NCBI GenBank assembly: GCA_038064535.1
Contig: JBBTSX010000005.1
Coordinates: forward strand, 13,051-77,050
Source: Patescibacteria group bacterium
Lineage (GTDB): Bacteria > Patescibacteriota > Minisyncoccia > Phycocordibacterales > UBA2100
Length of the DNA: 64,000 bases
Direction: 5' to 3'
Below the pieces are notes generated by a model that searched no databases, was not told where the DNA came from, and was given only the letters and a program-made list of their open reading frames with translations. This document shows, piece by piece, positions 56,366 through 64,000 of the stretch (position 1 is its first letter; every line of letters starts with the position of its first letter). The translations under genes and the position numbers were made by a program.

Positions 56366-58984
56366 ATGTACGCGTTTTTCAGCCGCGGCCTGCCTGTGCG
56401 TATGCAACGCACGCAGACAGGCTCTTCAGTCCTTGCCGCACTGGTGCTTGTCGGAGGCCTCGCCGTTGCCACACTCGCCGTGCAGGCCCTTTCGGGCCCG
56501 CAGAATTCTCAAGCACAAAGTGCTCAGGTGGCCGTACCTATCGTACCGCCGGTGGTTAGAGTCGCCGCTCCACGCATCACGTCACGCTCACCCGCTACGT
56601 GCAAAGATGCAATAGAGGCGGCTATGAAAGAGAAGCGTAGCGAAGACCCGGAGGCAGAAAGTTATACCAATGGAAAATCGGGAGTCCTCGACAAGTGCTA
56701 CGGAGCGATAATAAAAACCGGCAAAGACCCCGCCAAGGCAACGGCGGCTGATTACAACTGCACAGGCAGATTCGGTTACGCAGATGTTACAAGAAGGTCA
56801 GTGTCTGTCGTTACCAAACCGGACCCCAAAAACATACTAAAGGCGGGAGCGAAGGGTAGCTGCAAAATCACCATTTGTGAATATTTAGCGGAAGATGACG
56901 CCCATAAGTGCGGGCCGGCAAAAGTATTCGAGGGGGGGATAACGCTCCCAACGGAGCTTACGCCGAGAAGCAGTGTCGACGAGGTTGCGAGCAGTTTGAA
57001 GAACGATGCAGGTAAGCTTCCAACGCTGACGGGAAATCCCACCGACGCGGCGGCGATAAGCAGAGTTTTTGGTGAGGCGACACCGGAAGAAATCAAGGCC
57101 ATTGATGACGACCTGAAGAGACAGACAGCTAATTTGCAGGAGCTAGAGAAGTACGTAGGCGACTGCACTAAAGCGGGGGAAACGGATGGTTGTGGCCCAG
57201 GTAAGGACCAGACTCTCGAACAGCTCACTAGAGAGAGAGATGCGGCCGCCGCACTAGAGGCTGAATTGAAACAACAGTCCGATGCCCTCAAGCTGTCGCA
57301 AACACAGGATTTGACGTCGCTGTATAAGGACTGTAGTGGTTCCGACTGTATTGCAGTTGCCTATAAGCCGGAAGATGTCGCGGCGCTCAAAAAGGATGGT
57401 TATGAATGCGGAAGTCCGGAGTCGGATGGAAGTATTGCGTGCTACAAAGACAAGGCTTCCACACCTGACCCAAGCAAAGACTATTGGGTTCAACAGCGAG
57501 ACGGTCAGTGGTGCAATCAGAAGGCGGAATGCAGGCCGGCGTCGACGTTTACTCCGCCGCCCAAACAGTCAACAGGATGCACGGGTCCGAACTGCGACAA
57601 GGGAGGTGGCGGTGGAGGAGGGGGTGGAGGCGGACAACAGCAGACACCCGAGAAGCCAGGCGGTGGTGGCGGTGGAGGATTCAACGACATCATGAAAGCG
57701 ATTTTGGGCGGACTGGCAAAAGGTCTCGCGCAGGGGCTCGCACAACAGCCGGCGCAAGCGTGCCCGTCGGACCCCAATGCATATGCGCAACAACAACAGC
57801 AATACAATCAGCAGATGCAGCAATACAACTACCAGCTCCAGCAGTTCAACTACCAACAGCAGTTGAGCTACATGAACGGCATGCCCGCTCCGACTCCTCC
57901 GATTGCACCGCAGCCATGCACGCCGAACTCAAACTCCAATACATGCTCGGCCGCACCTGCGCAACCTAATCCGGCGGGATGCACCAATGGCACATGGAGA
58001 CCGATAACAACTCAGCAGGGCAACGGTTATCAGTGCACCTCGGGTTGGCAGTGCGTGCCGGGGGGCGGCACCGTGCCCACGGCACAGATTTCCTGCAGTC
58101 CCAAAGTCGCCGACGTCGGCATGACGGTCACTATCGCGTACGGATGCGGCAACGCGACAGGCAGTACCGGTCAAGGATTCGACACGAATAATCAGTTGTC
58201 CGGTTCGACTACCACTGTCATCACGGCGCCGCCGGCGGGAGCGACCGGTGCAAACTTCGAACTGAATTGCACCAATCAGGGGGCATCGAAACGGGCACAG
58301 TGCACCGTGCAGATTGGGCGCCCGACCATCGTGCTAGTCGCCAATCCCAAGGTCGTTGACCCGGGCAAGGCATCGACCATCGGCTGGATAACGAGCGGTA
58401 TGCAATCGTGTGTCGTCTCCAGTCCCGAGGATGGCGCGTTTACCGCCGAGAACGCGACCAACACAAGCGTCAACGGCATGGCGAGCACATCGCCGCTCAC
58501 ATCTCCGATTCATATACTTCTGCACTGCGTCACCATAGGCGGCGGCACGCGCGATGCGACGACCACGGTGAGTGTCGTCGGACAACCGGATATCGACGAC
58601 CAGGATCCGAATAGCGGCACGGTGACGGTCCGGTCGACTGCCGACGGGGAGTCCACTTCCCGCGGTAGCACGGTCACCGTATCGTGGAATGCGACAAACC
58701 CGCCCTCGGGCGCGCACATCGCACTCTGGCTCTACGACGTGCGCCTCAACACGACGACCGCGCTCATCGCCGACGACCTCGCCGCAAGCAGTACCTATGC
58801 GTGGCACCTGCCGAACGCCAATAGCACATGTGACCCGGAGTCCATCGATGTCTGTGGCGCAGACCTTGTGCCGGGCAGGCAGTATGGCATCGAAGCCGAC
58901 CTCTATACCGACACTTCCGACCCGAATAACCCCAACATCGTTGATTACGGGTTTACGCCCGAGCCGTTCACAATAAGCAGTTAA
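56366..58984 (+). CDS. Large secreted Cys/Gly/Gln-rich surface protein with Ig-like C-terminal domains
   Basis: TM/signal segment, poly-Gly, Q/Y-rich tract, Ig-like repeats related to the 44499 and 45965 proteins. Confidence 0.8.
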   Translation: MYAFFSRGLPVRMQRTQTGSSVLAALVLVGGLAVATLAVQALSGPQNSQAQSAQVAVPIVPPVVRVAAPRITSRSPATCKDAIEAAMKEKRSEDPEAESYTNGKSGVLDKCYGAIIKTGKDPAKATAADYNCTGRFGYADVTRRSVSVVTKPDPKNILKAGAKGSCKITICEYLAEDDAHKCGPAKVFEGGITLPTELTPRSSVDEVASSLKNDAGKLPTLTGNPTDAAAISRVFGEATPEEIKAIDDDLKRQTANLQELEKYVGDCTKAGETDGCGPGKDQTLEQLTRERDAAAALEAELKQQSDALKLSQTQDLTSLYKDCSGSDCIAVAYKPEDVAALKKDGYECGSPESDGSIACYKDKASTPDPSKDYWVQQRDGQWCNQKAECRPASTFTPPPKQSTGCTGPNCDKGGGGGGGGGGGQQQTPEKPGGGGGGGFNDIMKAILGGLAKGLAQGLAQQPAQACPSDPNAYAQQQQQYNQQMQQYNYQLQQFNYQQQLSYMNGMPAPTPPIAPQPCTPNSNSNTCSAAPAQPNPAGCTNGTWRPITTQQGNGYQCTSGWQCVPGGGTVPTAQISCSPKVADVGMTVTIAYGCGNATGSTGQGFDTNNQLSGSTTTVITAPPAGATGANFELNCTNQGASKRAQCTVQIGRPTIVLVANPKVVDPGKASTIGWITSGMQSCVVSSPEDGAFTAENATNTSVNGMASTSPLTSPIHILLHCVTIGGGTRDATTTVSVVGQPDIDDQDPNSGTVTVRSTADGESTSRGSTVTVSWNATNPPSGAHIALWLYDVRLNTTTALIADDLAASSTYAWHLPNANSTCDPESIDVCGADLVPGRQYGIEADLYTDTSDPNNPNIVDYGFTPEPFTISS
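56389..56421. repeat. 33-bp palindromic in-frame insertion (LPVRMQRTQTG)
   Basis: CCTGCCTGTGCG..GCACGCAGACAGG; same ends as the polA insertion. Confidence 0.85.
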
Positions 58985-59135
58985 CGGGTGCGTAAAAAAC
59001 TCGGCTGCATCGTTGCGTCTCCTTACAGGAGCGGTACACCTTTTGGATATTTTCTTCGCAGGAGCTCGAAAATACCTCAAAAGGTCTTGCGGAAGCTCCG
59101 TGTATTCGCTTCCTCACCTCGCGTCGTTCATTCAC

Positions 59136-59609
59136 CTAGAGCCCGAGGAACTCGAGGATTTTGTGCGGGAGCGGCTCTTTCATGTGCCGCTCTTCCGCAT
59201 GCTCTTTGAGGTAGCTGCGAATCTCGCGCGGGTCGACGTGTTCAATCGGAATGATGAGATTGGGCGCGAGGATTTTTGTGGTGTCGACGAGCAGAAGCGG
59301 ACGGTGGTGCGGATGTTCGTCCTCCACCCAGAAGGCGATAATCTCGCGATAGCGATGCAAGGTGCCGTTGATGCGGATGCCGCGGTCGGAAATCTCGAAT
59401 TGCGTGATGTCCGGCGCCTGCCGCGACTGCAGTGCGATGGTAATCGCCGCGACGAGAATCAGAATCGCAAAAAGGACGTCGTGAAAGAGAATGCTCGTGA
59501 CGGCGATGGACACAGCAACGATACCGAGTGCCAAATACCAGTCACTTCCGCGCTCGACATGTTCGTGCTCATACGCACTCCAATGCAAAACTACGTTCTG
59601 GTTGGGCAT
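59136..59609 (-). CDS. Conserved 2-TM membrane protein with PH-like domain
   Basis: WSAYEHEHVERGSDWY, two TM segments, FEISDRGIRING. Confidence 0.75.
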   Translation of the reverse strand: MPNQNVVLHWSAYEHEHVERGSDWYLALGIVAVSIAVTSILFHDVLFAILILVAAITIALQSRQAPDITQFEISDRGIRINGTLHRYREIIAFWVEDEHPHHRPLLLVDTTKILAPNLIIPIEHVDPREIRSYLKEHAEERHMKEPLPHKILEFLGL

Positions 59610-59682
59610 GTAGGATATTGTATCGCGTTTCCAGTGAATATCTTCCAGATATAGAGCAATTTGCTTGTGGTACACTGGATGG

Positions 59683-60168
59683 ATGGCTGAGCGGTATAAA
59701 AGAAATCCGAACGTGAACTGTTTTGTCTGCCATAAACCCGTATACAGACGACCGTCTCTGCTCAGAGCCAGTAGTGGTCGAGCGTTTTGTGGGCAGCTTT
59801 GCTATGGCATTTCACAAAGAATAGAAACGCCGTGTATCGTTTGCGGTTCGCCAATTGTCGCCAGCAAGAACGCACAGACCTGTAGCAGGGCGTGCGCCAA
59901 CAAACATAGAGCAGGTATTAAATATAAAATTGGTCGACCGCGGGACAAGGTCGTGAGAGAACGCTCTATGAAGATTCGACTTATTGAGCAGCGAGGTGCG
60001 AAATGTGAACGATGCGGCTATAGCAAGGTTGAAATATTGCATGTGCATCACAGAGACAGAAACCGGAAAAATAATACATTAGAGAATTTGGAGTTGGTTT
60101 GTCCGAATTGCCACTACGAGGAACATTATTTAGAAAAAAGCTGGCTTAGTGATACTGTAAACGATTGA
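59683..60168 (+). CDS. HNH endonuclease with N-terminal zinc-finger repeats
   Basis: CFVC..FCGQLC, CIVC..TCSRAC, CERCG..HVHHRDRNRKNNTLENLELVCPNCH; lower GC than flanks. Confidence 0.9.
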   Translation: MAERYKRNPNVNCFVCHKPVYRRPSLLRASSGRAFCGQLCYGISQRIETPCIVCGSPIVASKNAQTCSRACANKHRAGIKYKIGRPRDKVVRERSMKIRLIEQRGAKCERCGYSKVEILHVHHRDRNRKNNTLENLELVCPNCHYEEHYLEKSWLSDTVND

Positions 60169-60172
60169 ACAG

Positions 60173-60257
60173 GGAGGGGTGGCTGAGCGGTCTAAAGCAC
60201 CGGTCCTGAAAACCGGCGTGGGGAAACCCACCGTGAGTTCGAATCTCACCCCCTCCG
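60173..60257 (+). tRNA. tRNA-Ser(UGA)
   Basis: GGAGGGG..CCCCTCC-G; long variable arm; CCGGT-CCTGAAA-ACCGG (C33 instead of U33). Confidence 0.9.
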
Positions 60258-60386
60258 CACGTGATGCAAAGATACCCCGCACGGGGTATTCTTTGTGTCA
60301 CGAGGACGAGATTCGAAAGGCGGAGGCCGTAGGCCGAGCCAGGGCAGTGAGCACTTAGCGAGTGAAACAAGCTTAGTGACTCACGC

Positions 60387-60406
60387 CGAATCTCACCCCC
60401 TCCGCA
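60387..60406 (+). repeat. Duplicate of the tRNA-Ser 3' end
   Basis: CGAATCTCACCCCCTCCGCA is identical to 60240-60259. Confidence 0.9.
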
Positions 60407-60407
60407 T

Positions 60408-60746
60408 ATGCATTCTTTTACCGGTATTGTTCAACGGAGCTCAAAGCGGGCGACTGCACTTGGATATCCGACGGTGAACATTCCCTTGGGCGACGATTCT
60501 TCCGGCGTGTATGCGGCACGTGTTTTTGTCGACGACCGAGTCTACCGTGCGGCGGCATTTGCCGACCCGAAGCGCAAAATACTCGAAGCGCACATCGTGG
60601 ATTTCGAGGGTGACTTGTACAACAAAGAGGTAACTATTGAGCTTGTAAGGAAACTCCGTGATACGCAGACATTTGATACAGACGCAAAATTGCGGACGGC
60701 AATAGCGGACGACATTGCAAAAGTCCGGGAATACTTTAAGAATTGA
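60408..60746 (+). CDS. Monofunctional riboflavin kinase (RibF C-terminal domain)
   Basis: LGYPTVNI, GVYAA, LEAHIVDFEGDLY, LRD..F..IADD. Confidence 0.88.
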   Translation: MHSFTGIVQRSSKRATALGYPTVNIPLGDDSSGVYAARVFVDDRVYRAAAFADPKRKILEAHIVDFEGDLYNKEVTIELVRKLRDTQTFDTDAKLRTAIADDIAKVREYFKN

Positions 60747-60749
60747 GCA

Positions 60750-61331
60750 ATGTTTACCGGAATCGTTGAGCGACAGGGCCGAATACGCGCTGTTTCGGGC
60801 ATCAAGAACAAGCGCTTTACGGTAGAGAAACCGGTTTCTTGGAAGTTGAAGACAGGTGCCAGCGTCGCCGTCGACGGCATCTGCGTGACGGTAACGTCTC
60901 ATACAAAGAATTCGTTTTCGTGCGACCTGATGCCCGAAACGCTCTCACGTACAACTGCGAGACAATTCCGTGTCGGCGCTACGGTGAATCTCGAACGGCC
61001 GTTAAAACTCGGCGACGAGCTCGGCGGGCACATCGTGCTCGGGCATGTTGATGTGCGGGGAAAGATTATGCGAGTCTACAAACGCGGCACTGCGCGCGAA
61101 GCGACCGTTTCAGTTCCGGCACGTTTTATGCGACTCGTAGCTGAAAAAGGCTCAATCGTTCTCAACGGAGTCTCGCTCACCGTATCAAAGAAGCAACGGA
61201 ACACGTTTGCGGTCGCGCTCATTCCGCACACACTCAAGGCGACGAACCTCGGTTCATTGCAGAAAGGTGACGGGGTAAATGTCGAATTTGACGCGACAAT
61301 GCGATATCTGGCAGCACGCAAAAAAAAGTGA
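60750..61331 (+). CDS. ribE: Riboflavin synthase (alpha)
   Basis: MFTGIVE, GASVAVDGICVTV, VNLERPL, GGHIVLGHVD, NGVSLTV. Confidence 0.96.
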   Translation: MFTGIVERQGRIRAVSGIKNKRFTVEKPVSWKLKTGASVAVDGICVTVTSHTKNSFSCDLMPETLSRTTARQFRVGATVNLERPLKLGDELGGHIVLGHVDVRGKIMRVYKRGTAREATVSVPARFMRLVAEKGSIVLNGVSLTVSKKQRNTFAVALIPHTLKATNLGSLQKGDGVNVEFDATMRYLAARKKK

Positions 61332-61343
61332 TACCGTGCGCTC

Positions 61344-61808
61344 ATGCAACGCAAAGAATTTCTGAAAAAAACAGCACCGCGCGATGCCTCGAAACTCAGC
61401 ATCGGCATCGTTGTCGCGGAATTCAACCCTGATATCACGGGAAGTTTGTTCGAGGGTGCCTTGAAAGCGCTCAAAGAGTGGGGCGTAAAGGAACGCAATA
61501 TCAATATATTTCGCGTGTACGGCTCGTTTGACCTCACGTACGGGTGTGACCTCATGTTTCGCAAGCATAAGCCGGATGCGGTAGTCGCACTCGGTTGCAT
61601 CATCAAAGGGGAGACCAATCACGACCACTACATTGCTTCGGCCTTGTCGCACGGACTTACCGGCCTCGCCATCAAGTACGGCAAGCCCGTTTCGTTCGGC
61701 GTTATCACGACCAATAATCTCGCGCAGGCAAAAGCGCGTTCGCGCGGCAAGACAAATCACGGCGAGAAGGCCGCTGTCGCCGCGCTCCAGGCGGCACTTT
61801 TGAAGTAG
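61344..61808 (+). CDS. ribH: 6,7-dimethyl-8-ribityllumazine synthase
   Basis: [27 protein letters not shown]. Confidence 0.95.
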   Translation: MQRKEFLKKTAPRDASKLSIGIVVAEFNPDITGSLFEGALKALKEWGVKERNINIFRVYGSFDLTYGCDLMFRKHKPDAVVALGCIIKGETNHDHYIASALSHGLTGLAIKYGKPVSFGVITTNNLAQAKARSRGKTNHGEKAAVAALQAALLK

Positions 61809-61810
61809 AC

Positions 61811-62284
61811 ATGACCCGCCCCGTTAGAGGCCCGCAAAGAGGCAGTCGCCAACGGCGACTTGCCTCTAACGGGGCCCGTATCATGGTATTCGGTACCTTC
61901 GACATGCTCCACGAGGGGCATCTCGACTTTTTCCGGCAAGCCCGCAATCTCGCACCGGAGCCGCATCTCATCGTTTCCGTCGCGCGCGACGCGAGTGCCG
62001 CGCGCACCAAAGGTACGAAGCCGCGGCGCACAGAGACCGAGCGGCTCGCACTGGTGCAAGTCTGCGGATTAGTCGATGAAGCGGTACTTGGCGACGAGAC
62101 GGGATACATCGAACACATTCATGCCGCGCGGCCGGATATCATCGCGCTCGGCTACGATCAGAGTGGAGAATATGTGGAGCATTTGGAAAACGATTTGATG
62201 CGCGCCGGCGTCAGCGCGAAGGTGATGAGACTCAAGGCTTTCAGACCGGAGACCTTCAAGACATCAAAACTGCAGATTGAATAA
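61811..62284 (+). CDS. Cytidylyltransferase-family protein, RibL-like FAD synthase
   Basis: [27 protein letters not shown]; located in the rib operon. Confidence 0.8.
   Translation: MTRPVRGPQRGSRQRRLASNGARIMVFGTFDMLHEGHLDFFRQARNLAPEPHLIVSVARDASAARTKGTKPRRTETERLALVQVCGLVDEAVLGDETGYIEHIHAARPDIIALGYDQSGEYVEHLENDLMRAGVSAKVMRLKAFRPETFKTSKLQIE
61819..61874. mobile_element. CCCCGTTAGA element, copy 7
   Basis: CCCCGTTAGAGGC/GCCTCTAACGGGG arms; perfect CCCG duplication at 61815-61818 and 61875-61878. Confidence 0.88.
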
Positions 62285-62323
62285 TTCCCGTATTTGTTGC
62301 TATAGCAACAAATACGGGAATTA
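62282..62323. repeat. Perfect 42-bp palindrome
   Basis: TAATTCCCGTATTTGTTGCTA/TAGCAACAAATACGGGAATTA. Confidence 0.9.
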
Positions 62324-62422
62324 GAAATATTGCACCCAGCTTTGCTATACTCGCATCATGAATCCCGCCCTTTCAAATCTTCCGACTTGCGCAACTTCTC
62401 TTATGAGCGTAGAAATGGCGGG

Positions 62423-62812
62423 ATGAAATACCTCGGCATCGATTATGGGGCGAAACGCGTCGGCATCGCGGTTTCCGACGCCGACGGCACCATAGCGTTT
62501 CCGCGCGGCACACTTGAGAATGGTCCCGACATCGTCGAGCGCATCGCCCGGCGCGCTACGGAAGAGAACGCGGAGATGATAGTCGTCGGGGATACACGTT
62601 CGTTCTCGGGCCTTGAAAATCCGGTCACGAAGGAATCGGACGAATTTGTCGAACGCCTCAAAAAAACGACCGGTCTTCCGGTCGTCCGGGCGTGGGAAGC
62701 GGGAAGCTCTATCGAAGCTTCGCGTTATGCGCCGGAAGGACAGGAGCACGATGACGCGTCGGCCGCCGCCGTCATCCTGCAGAGATTTCTGGATATGCGG
62801 ACGGGGAAGTAG
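62423..62812 (+). CDS. ruvX: YqgF/RuvX pre-16S rRNA nuclease
   Basis: YLGIDYGAKRVGIAVSD..WEAGSS..DASAAAVILQRFLD. Confidence 0.92.
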   Translation: MKYLGIDYGAKRVGIAVSDADGTIAFPRGTLENGPDIVERIARRATEENAEMIVVGDTRSFSGLENPVTKESDEFVERLKKTTGLPVVRAWEAGSSIEASRYAPEGQEHDDASAAAVILQRFLDMRTGK

Positions 62813-62821
62813 AATACTCCT

Positions 62822-63217
62822 ATGCCGGATGAAATCTCATACAGCGATTTTGCGAAGCTCGATATCCGCATCGGTATGGTGCTCGCCGCCGAGCGCGTGC
62901 CGGAGACCGACAAGCTCATCAAGTGCACGGTGGATTTCGGCCTAAAACCGTCTGCGAAAACAGACGGTTCGGCCGATTATCCGCCGATGGTGGATGATTT
63001 AGGCAAACACGATATTCGCACCATTGTGTCAGGCATCGCCGAATGGAAAACTCCCGAAGCGTTGGTCGGTAAACGATTGCCGTACATCGTGAATCTCGCT
63101 CCACGCGTGCTGAAGGGGATAGAAAGTCAGGGAATGTTGCTTGCGGCAAGCGACGAGAACGGTGTCGCGCTCCTCTATCCGGAGCGGGATGTCGCACCGG
63201 GCAGCCGACTTCGCTAA
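62822..63217 (+). CDS. tRNA-binding domain protein (MetG C-terminal/CsaA/Trbp111-like)
   Basis: DFAKLDIRIG..TDKL..RTIVSGI..VNLAPR..GIESQGMLLAA; carries a 21-codon insertion. Confidence 0.9.
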   Translation: MPDEISYSDFAKLDIRIGMVLAAERVPETDKLIKCTVDFGLKPSAKTDGSADYPPMVDDLGKHDIRTIVSGIAEWKTPEALVGKRLPYIVNLAPRVLKGIESQGMLLAASDENGVALLYPERDVAPGSRLR

Positions 63218-63298
63218 AGCTTCGACGGCCACGGCAAAATTGCGCTGAGCGTGCCCCGCCGACGGCGGGGCGTGCAAACTTCTTGATATACTGTGCGC

Positions 63299-64000
63299 AT
63301 GCGGCCGTCTCAACAGCGGTCCTCTGCGCACACGCAGATGGGCCGTTCACTCTTGCATTCGCTCGCGCGGGCGTTTCCCACCCCGCCGTTGCTTTTGCCG
63401 CGCGCGGCCGGAGTGGATATTTCGGACTCGTCCATCAAATGGCTCGCTTTTTCCGAGCGCGGCGGAGCGCGGCAGGTACAAACATACGGCGAGATTTCAC
63501 TCGAGAGCGGAATCGTCGTGAGCGGTGCGGTGCAGGATGTCGCAGGCCTCACCGCGGCGTTGAAAGAGCTCAAGAAAGAGCTTGGCAGTGTTTCGTGCGC
63601 GCATGCGGCGCTTCCCGAAGAGTTGGCCTACGTGTTCAGCATGCATATGCCGTATGGCACATCGCGCGAGCAGGCGCTCAAAATGATTGAGTTTGAATTT
63701 GAAGACCGCGTCCCCATTCCGCCTTCCGCCGCGGTGTACGACTACAACGAGCTCTCGCAGAACGGAATCGTAAGCGACGAAGTCGCCGTGGTCGTTTTTC
63801 CGCGTGACGTCGCGGAAGCGTATGTAGAGGCATTCGAGGGCGCCGGCATCACACTACTCTCGCTCGAAATCGAGGCGCGTTCAATCGCGCGCGCGGTATC
63901 TTCGGGCGCGCCCGACGAACCCATCACACTACTTGTCGATTTCGGGCGCGCCCGGACGGGGTTCGCGGTGCTCAAATACGGACTCCCTATTTTCACCTCT
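63299..64000 (+). CDS. pilM: Type IV pilus assembly protein PilM (runs off window)
   Basis: GVDISDSSIKW..AALPEE..EDRVPI..LEIEARSIARA..LVDFGRART actin-like PilM pattern. Confidence 0.88.
   Translation, partial: MRPSQQRSSAHTQMGRSLLHSLARAFPTPPLLLPRAAGVDISDSSIKWLAFSERGGARQVQTYGEISLESGIVVSGAVQDVAGLTAALKELKKELGSVSCAHAALPEELAYVFSMHMPYGTSREQALKMIEFEFEDRVPIPPSAAVYDYNELSQNGIVSDEVAVVVFPRDVAEAYVEAFEGAGITLLSLEIEARSIARAVSSGAPDEPITLLVDFGRARTGFAVLKYGLPIFTS

Noticed and set aside
63300-63347. Possible hairpin insertion at the PilM N-terminus (CGGCCGTCT..AGATGGGCCG)
   Set aside because: The pairing is short and imperfect, there is no second copy, and the true start may be the later ATG.
1-64000. Alternative genetic code (UGA read-through, code 25)
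   Set aside because: Conserved genes are full length under code 11, and several end in TGA at the expected position.

Overview
This ~58% GC window looks like the replication-origin region of a Patescibacteria/CPR (Parcubacteria-like) genome. The assignment is an inference from gene content: a short YebC, a PolA with a reduced 3'-5' exonuclease region, a PrgI/VirB4/VirB6/VirB2-like cluster, PilB/PilM, a PaaX/Cas2-like regulator and mostly SD-less starts. Core content: jag-yidC-rnpA-rpmH-dnaA-oriC-dnaN, uvrD, rsmA, a class A PBP, ruvA/ruvB/ruvC (dispersed), tsaE, polA, murE, rpsT, a partial riboflavin/FAD cluster, four tRNAs and many large secreted proteins. There is no CRISPR array, rRNA or recognisable transposase. 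The most unusual signals are non-coding or micro-coding. (1) Four tiny ORFs, each with a CCG-CCG Pro-Pro pair (KAPP, NGPP, HGPP, HGPP), lie directly upstream of an atypical tRNA-Pro(CGG), the tRNA that reads CCG. (2) A family of CCCCGTTAGA..TCTAACGGGG elements has 4-bp target duplications and unrelated interiors, and sits mostly at start codons. (3) Several palindromic elements are inserted in frame into housekeeping proteins. (4) A repeated, covarying structured element occurs behind three tRNAs and at one other site. (5) Two HTH genes are each bracketed by two copies of their own 34-36 bp palindrome. (6) An HNH gene starts inside a tRNA-Ser 5' fragment. All family calls come from motif recognition by eye; no searches were run.
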